From: Chrysomallon squamiferum
Lineage: Eukaryota; Animalia; Mollusca
DNA: 64,000 bases
Assembly (NCBI GenBank): GCA_012295275.1
Contig: CM022665.1
Location: 28,954,001-29,018,000, forward strand
Direction: 5' to 3'
A program made the translations under genes and the position numbers. The notes beneath the pieces are model-generated. The model was not told where the DNA came from and made no database searches. It saw only the letters and a program-made list of their open reading frames with translations. This document shows positions 57,109 to 64,000 of the stretch, one piece after another. The stretch's first letter is position 1. Each line of letters starts with the position of its first letter.

Positions 57109-57804
57109 TACACCTTTGTTGTTTCATGTCGGAATGCAAATTCAAAAAAACATCTATAACTTTTTACTCACACATTGGCCTTGGATGTCTGAAAGTGATA
57201 TAGTGAAACAGTTCATAAACAGCATTAATTTAGACGTATACAAAAAGCACGTGTCGCAAATGATTTGTACGATAGGTACAATGATGACCATCACGCTTCA
57301 TCTATTGCTCATAATGATTCTGGTTATGTGATTAAGGTAACTGGAAAGATTCAGTTAGAGCTAACGGATCTCGTTAAGAACAGATTGTTGCATGCATGTA
57401 GTCCTTAATTGTGATTTAACACTAATTACATTTTAGCGTTTCACAACAGCAGTTCTACCATTAGTTTATTATCGTTAACTAACGTACCTAATGTATTAGA
57501 ATAAACCAAATGCGTTGTGCGTCATCTCATTTTCATTTACGGAAGAGCAATTCTGTGATCGGTGTAGTAATGAGAAGTGTTTTTTTTTTTTGTCACCTCC
57601 GCTCTGTTAAAAGATGTGTATTTTGTGTCCTACCTGTTAATGAATCTCACTGATTGAGTAACAGGTAATTGAAAATACGCTTTTACCATTCTACCAACCA
57701 ACGGAAATAATAAATAAAATGCTGAGATCAATAATGCAAAAATATTATTGAAGATTTAGCAGCGGAATTATTGTTATTAGTAGTATCAGAAGTAGTTGAG
57801 CAGT

Positions 57805-57806
<2 letters not shown>

Positions 57807-57895
<89 letters not shown>

Positions 57896-57917
57896 CAGTA
57901 GCAGTAGCAGTAGTAGT
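57807..57917. repeat. (GCA)n(GTA)n microsatellite
   Basis: Direct reading. Confidence 0.95.
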
Positions 57918-58051
57918 TTAGCAGCAGGATCAGTAGTAGAAGTAATAGTTATACGTGTTGTTGTTGTTGTTGTTGTTGCTGTTGCCTTGACCTTATAGTT
58001 TAATTGGGTTACATTTTATAAATTCCGACGGAAACGTTAATCCGTAAAAAA

Positions 58052-58190
58052 ACAATTTAAATATTCGGCTTCTCTTGCAGAAAGTAATTAGCTGCAAACA
58101 TCTTTCAGTTCCCTAATCACAAGACATGCGCATGTAGCGGCTTCAATCTGCCGTTTGTCCTTCCGTTGACATTTGCATGTTTTGTAAAAT
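58052..58190 (+). repeat. Dispersed ~140-bp element, copy 2
   Basis: Direct repeat of 48132-48270 with scattered substitutions. Confidence 0.9.
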
Positions 58191-61100
58191 ATATATATAA
58201 ACCAAACATATAAAATAATACAGCAATAATAATTGTAACTTTATTTCAAAGAACTCTAAAGCATAATAAGATAAAGAGAAAACTTATAGCTATAACCTTT
58301 CAAACATTAACATTAAGAGAAAACAGCATCATGTTATTCAAACAAGCAAATGTAAAAGGCACAGAAATACGCAGAAAGGTTAAAACATAAAAACACCGAA
58401 ATGCATATCACACACAACACATGTCCGCGCGTGTGCACACACAAATAGACACATTCACACACATACATGCATAAATATGCAGAAATACCTTGACACTAAG
58501 GACAAAACAGACATTTACACACACAGAGAAAAACAAAACATCATATAAACGCTCATAAAGTCTCGAATGAAACGCACACAGAAATAAACAGTCTGTAATG
58601 TTGTTATTGAAGAAATACAAGTGTTATTCGTTCACTGATATTATTTATTTATGATTTTTTTTCCATTTTCGTTGTGGTTTACCTTTCGTACTGACATTTA
58701 GCATGAAATAATAAATTTCTCTTTGAACCGTCACTTTAAACATTAATGTTTATTACTGCAGCCGGTTTATTCATTAAGAAGGAAAAAAAAGAAAATATGT
58801 AATAATGCAAACAAATAGTCTAAAATATACATTTTGAGAATTCGCTGTAGTTCAGTGTATCTAGCGATGTTCTGAAGCGAGATGAGCCCTTTGTGTTATT
58901 TCACATTCTAGCTACTGCGTAGCTTGTTTTGTTTCGTAGGAAAGTGCATATTAATAATCCATTGATAGTAATGCAAGAAGTGTCGGCAGCTTCTTTACAT
59001 TATATCATTATACCTAACAACCAATGTTACAAATATGTTTAGATGTGAATATATTTTTTATAAGTTCAAGTAATTGTTTACTTCGTTGTTTTCTTCAAGA
59101 GGTTATCCCTCCCATTTGTTTTCTCCTGTCAATTAGCCAACCTTTGTAGCACGCTAACATAATAAATGCACAGTCATTTTTTTTTTCTCAATTTCACGTC
59201 AGTAAAAAATAAAAATAAAAATAATTTTAAAATATAATTTAAAAAAAAAAAAACCACCATAAAAGAATATGTCAACGAAAGAATAAGGATATTGTATGGT
59301 TTATATTAGAAGATCAAATTAAACAAATTTGGTTTGTTTTCCATTTGTCGGTACAACGTATATAATTTTGTATATAAAAAGAAGAAAAATTTGGTTGATG
59401 ATGACGTTGGTGGTGATGTGCAGGATTAGAAAAAAAGGTAGTTTTAGCGATACGAAATGAAAACATCGTATTTTAATATAAGAAAACGTTACAAATCATT
59501 GATAAGTACTTTCTTATTTTCAAAGGAAACGACAAAATGAATGAAACTCTATCCTTTTCTTCTTTTCTATTAAAAACAGTCCAACACTCCAAAAGACATC
59601 TTCACTCTCACTGCTACAAAGTACAATTGACAACCAAAATAAAACCACTCTAAATGTTGGAGAGAAATACATTCAAAATGTGGAAAACTAAACATCGCGA
59701 AGGCTACCTGCACTTCAGTCAGTGCTAACTTGCAAACAAAACTCTCAGAAAAAGAAATGCCGACAGTAGTGCGTGTATAAATAAAGACGAAAATTTTTTT
59801 TTATTTCCAAGTGTTTACTAACAACGTTCTCTATTAGCGCCGCTTTTAGTCATTTAACCCGAGTAAGCAAAACGACATATAAGAAAATATAAATAAATAT
59901 CTGTGGAATAACAAAAATAAAACTATAAGTAAATAAATAAATACATAAATGCTGCCGAAGACAAAGGTATGAAGTTCCATACTAGTTTTAATGGATAAAT
60001 ACGATTGTTCATGCATACATATATAACTTAATTATTTTCAACTGGCTGAAAACAAAACTGTTTGTATTGCAATAGTTTGGGTCGTTATTATTATTAATTT
60101 ACTCTTTTACGTTTATACCTTGAGTTAATTGAAGACCTAATCGTTTTTTTTTTTTTAAATTATTCTTTGGAAGAAAGACACTATTAGTAGTTTGTGTACA
60201 ACCATATCCTAGATTGACTAATCTAATTAGTATTCGATATTTCATGCAAAATTAATTTAAAAAACAAGGGAACCAACCACAAATCGTCGTTTTAAATTAA
60301 TAATCAAAATCTTCAAATTCGAGACTGATATCAGGGATTATGTTGAACATAATTTATTAATATTTTAGATATTTTACTTTTCCTGGACAGATGCATTAAA
60401 TTACGTGTTGCATGATCTGGAAAGAAATCTCAATTTGAAAGAAAAAATTAATATTAAATTTGGTGTCAGTGGTTTTATTATTTTGATTTAAAATCAAATT
60501 ATCATAACCTAAATGTACAACGATAAAATTAACATTCTTTGATAAAAGATTACTTAAAATTCATTTATTACTGTAATTAGTATAAAACAAAGCTTTTATG
60601 AAAGAAATGAAGAAAATACCCAAAACCCGGTAACTCAGTCTGAAAAGGATTTTTGTCCCAGCTTCAAAACAAATATACTGAAAGCAAATTTTCTTTTTTC
60701 TTATTGCGCTGGTGTTACACAAACATTTTTAAAGATGGTACTTTATTTAGTTTAAAAAGATGTACATAAATATACAAGTAAAGAATAATAATAATTTTTG
60801 TATATTTGTTATTATCAGAAAAACATAAACCTAGTATCTCCCTATTTATTTCTTTTATTTCAGTATAAGCAAAAACAAATACAAGATCAAGTTTGTATAT
60901 TTCATACATCCTTCATACACCGCTTTATGAAAATAATGTATACATACACAGATGCACATACAATTAATATAATTATATGAACATTAATGCTTTTGTTGCA
61001 TAGCTAAAAATCTGGTCAAAACCTTTAACAAATCATATTTCAAAACATAATGAAAAAAATATTTTACATTTTCTGCTGGCATGGAATTATTGATTTTTGT

Positions 61101-62381
61101 TAAATCTCTTCTGAAACAAAAATGGCTAATTTTGGATTATGGAGAAGTTTTGTTTTTAAACTCATAATCAAATTAATAAAAATGAAATAACAGTTCAGTA
61201 AGTTTACTAAAATCATATTTATAAACACAGGTACACCAGTGATCTTCCACAACCAGTTCCAAAAACTTTACTGAAAATTAGTTTTTTCAAACCAAAAGTG
61301 GCCAATTAATATTTCAACAATAGACCCATTAGCAGTTATATACCTCTCTGTCTATAAAACACCATGATGTGCTAGACACATAAACAAATAATGTTAAATA
61401 TAAATTAAATAGTAAAACAAAATTAGTATAAATCGTAAAAGTTTATTAGTACAGGACGCTTTAATAAAATCAGATTATTAATTAAACAATAATTAAAAAT
61501 GCCAAGTCCTAAAGGAAATGTTCTGGACCATCAGTTTCTGGAAAATCAATAACAAACCTGTATTTGTATGATGTTTATCTTAACCTTCTTTTAATGTTTT
61601 GTTTTCATTTAAGAATGAAATCTGTAGCAGAGAAAGATAATTAATTACATATACTGGTAAACCAGATGTCAGATAAAAAAATATTTATTTACCATTTTAA
61701 ACTGTTTCTTCAAATAATGTATTTTGATTATCATGATTTAATAAAAAGAAACATAAACTGTCATTTGTAATGTTAAACTCATCTTGGTCACATATTTTAT
61801 ATCACCAAGATAACTAAAACCTTGGTGACATTTTCCTAAATAATTATGAGAAATTTTATCATTTTATCTGATTAATATCCATTTTAGTTTATATCTCAAG
61901 TGAAAATGCTATTAGAGAGCTATTACATATACATAATCTTTAGAAAACAATCCAGTTATCTACCTCAGTAATATATTCTTGACACTTTTAACTGATACAT
62001 GTTACATTAACATGAAAATATAAACTGAAATCAACAATGAAAAATCAAACAGATTTTTATTACTTTTTTTTTAAAAATAAAAATAATTTTAAAAACATGT
62101 ATCTCTTATTTATGAGAAAACTTGTTTAATTTTATATCTAAAAATTAAAAAGAATCTTAGGAATAATTATTTACTTATCAAAGATTATGTCTAAGTAAAA
62201 ATAAAACACTGCTGCCTTTATGATGTTGCTGTGTCTAATCACAGTAGTATTACATTACTTCTCATTATCATTTCAAATGACAATTAAAAACACAATACTT
62301 TTTAACATATATAATGTGATCATGGTTACACTCTTTTATTTTTATAGTCTTATTTGAAAAACAAAATTCTTTCTTTCTTTT

Positions 62382-62467
62382 TCAGTTACTTTCTTCTATT
62401 CCCCAAGCTTCATAGTCTGCCTTCTTGATCTCCAGTCCACCCAGAGTTTCCCCTGACCAGTAGTATC
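62382..62467 (-). CDS. CEBPZOS: CEBPZOS-like microprotein, coding exon 3
   Basis: gtttag| (G)YYWSGETLGGLEIKKADYEAWGIEESN*. The three exons total 127+45+86 = 258 nt, 85 aa plus stop, with no frame break. Confidence 0.9.
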
Positions 62468-62739
62468 CTAAACAATATAAATAAATTAATTAATTACTTA
62501 ATTAAAATAATAATATTAATAATAAAAATTAAACAATATTATATCCATAACCAAAACACATACAGACTGAGATATATATTCCTGTATTATTTACACAAGT
62601 GATGCTGTATGGAAAAATAATGCATTGTCAACATGTATTTGGTTATTTGTACATTATTACAAGTTGATCTTCCATCAAGAATTTTTGTAAATATACAATG
62701 CTGTAGCATTTAAAGATCAGACTAAAGAAAAACAATTAC

Positions 62740-62784
62740 CTTTAAGAATGGATGGAAAACTATTATACATTTTGAAGCGAAATT
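62740..62784 (-). CDS. CEBPZOS: CEBPZOS-like microprotein, coding exon 2
   Basis: tttcag| (E)FRFKMYNSFPSILK(G) |gtaatt. 45 nt, phase 1-1. Corresponds to the recalled DFRxxMxxxxPxILExYY segment. Confidence 0.9.
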
Positions 62785-63153
62785 CTGAAATAAATGTAAA
62801 AGAAGATTTGGTAGACAACTAACAGTATATCAGTAGCAAATAAAAAGAAGTCTTACTATAGGACATTAAGAATAATTTTAATAGACAAACATTATTATTC
62901 ATCCCTAAAGTGCTTAGAAAGATATATTATGTTTCTGATTAATATGATATGATATTCAAATCATGAATCAAGGACACAAAACATTCATAATTCATACTGG
63001 TCAATATTTTGATAATAAGATGGCTTTTTAAATGGAAATAATAAATGTTTCCATGACAAAACTCAGCAGAAAAGTGTGTACGCATTATGACAAATAAAAG
63101 GATAAAGGTAACTCAAGCATACTGGATATTATCCATTTGATATCTGGTATTAC

Positions 63154-63280
63154 CTCTAGATCTGTTCATTCTGGACCAGACATAATAGCTAATAGCAACA
63201 AATGCTAATTCTGCAACAACAGCTACTTTAATGCCTGTAACCAAAAAACTAAGTCCACTTTTCTTTGGTTTCTTCAACAT
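63154..63280 (-). CDS. CEBPZOS: CEBPZOS-like microprotein, coding exon 1
   Basis: MLKKPKKSGLSFLVTGIKVAVVAELAFVAISYYVWSRMNRSR. Acceptor ttgcag| just upstream of the ATG; donor AG|gtaata, phase 1. The hydrophobic segment with VAEL matches the recalled CEBPZOS pattern. Confidence 0.88.
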
Positions 63281-63327
63281 CTAGAACTGCAACATATAAT
63301 CAAATAATTGAGTTCTCTGATAATTCT

Positions 63328-63330
<3 letters not shown>

Positions 63331-63388
<58 letters not shown>
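63331..63388. repeat. (AAAT)n microsatellite in the intron 5' of the CEBPZOS-like start exon
   Basis: Direct reading. Confidence 0.95.
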
Positions 63389-64000
63389 AAATAACAATAA
63401 AAAATTGCGAATTACTGAATGAAGTTGTATGTAAATCTGAAAATTACTCATATCCTGAATCTTAGATTATCGTATCAACCTAAATTTAATGCCTATCAAT
63501 AGTTTATTAATACGTGAATACAGAGAAACACAAACGTCATTGAATATAAATTACATTTAGTGATTTACACATTCAGATTCTGTTCTCAAACTCAAAGGAT
63601 GACGTTGGGAAATTAATAATTTACTGTTCTATCAGGATAAAAAATAAAAAAATAAATTTAAAAAAACCATGATAATTACGTTTAACGAAACAGATACACA
63701 AATCCGTGCTTAGTTGCCTTTACGGTTTTAGTGAACATGAAAGTTATCTTACTAATGTCAACCAAAACACACGTGAACAGGGGCAATAACTCCTTCTGTT
63801 AAAACTGAAAATAATTTTTGAAGAACATAATTTTGGCATAGGACAATCCTTCTTAAAGCGACAATAATAATTTATTTATTATTTTATTACAAACTATTTA
63901 ATAATCGATATCGCTTTATTGTCCATATGTACAATTTATATATTTGAAGTCCTTTTCCAGGACTATCAAAAGTTACATTTTTCTATTTGTTTAATATTCG

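Overview
AT-rich, microsatellite-dense animal genomic DNA, probably a mollusc or other lophotrochozoan (inferred from a Meta-type SINE remnant and the repeat spectrum). No prokaryotic features. Main gene: a minus-strand giant-like PAR-bZIP transcription factor. Its large exon is 19331-20564, and a 17-nt first coding exon at 36285-36301 splices in frame to give 416 aa. It has a probable second promoter and first exon near 27.7 kb and a probable 3'UTR of about 4.5 kb. The ORF track misses a complete three-exon, 85-aa CEBPZOS-like microprotein gene (minus, 62382-63280). A possible first coding exon of another minus-strand gene lies at 3590-3613. The most interesting signals are uORFs on both candidate 5' ends of the bZIP gene (one stop overlaps the start codon) and several clusters of PAR/C/EBP/CRE sites around the gene, some apparently amplified by tandem duplication, suggesting autoregulation. 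Gene structures rest on reading frame and splice consensus only. All regulatory calls are inference.
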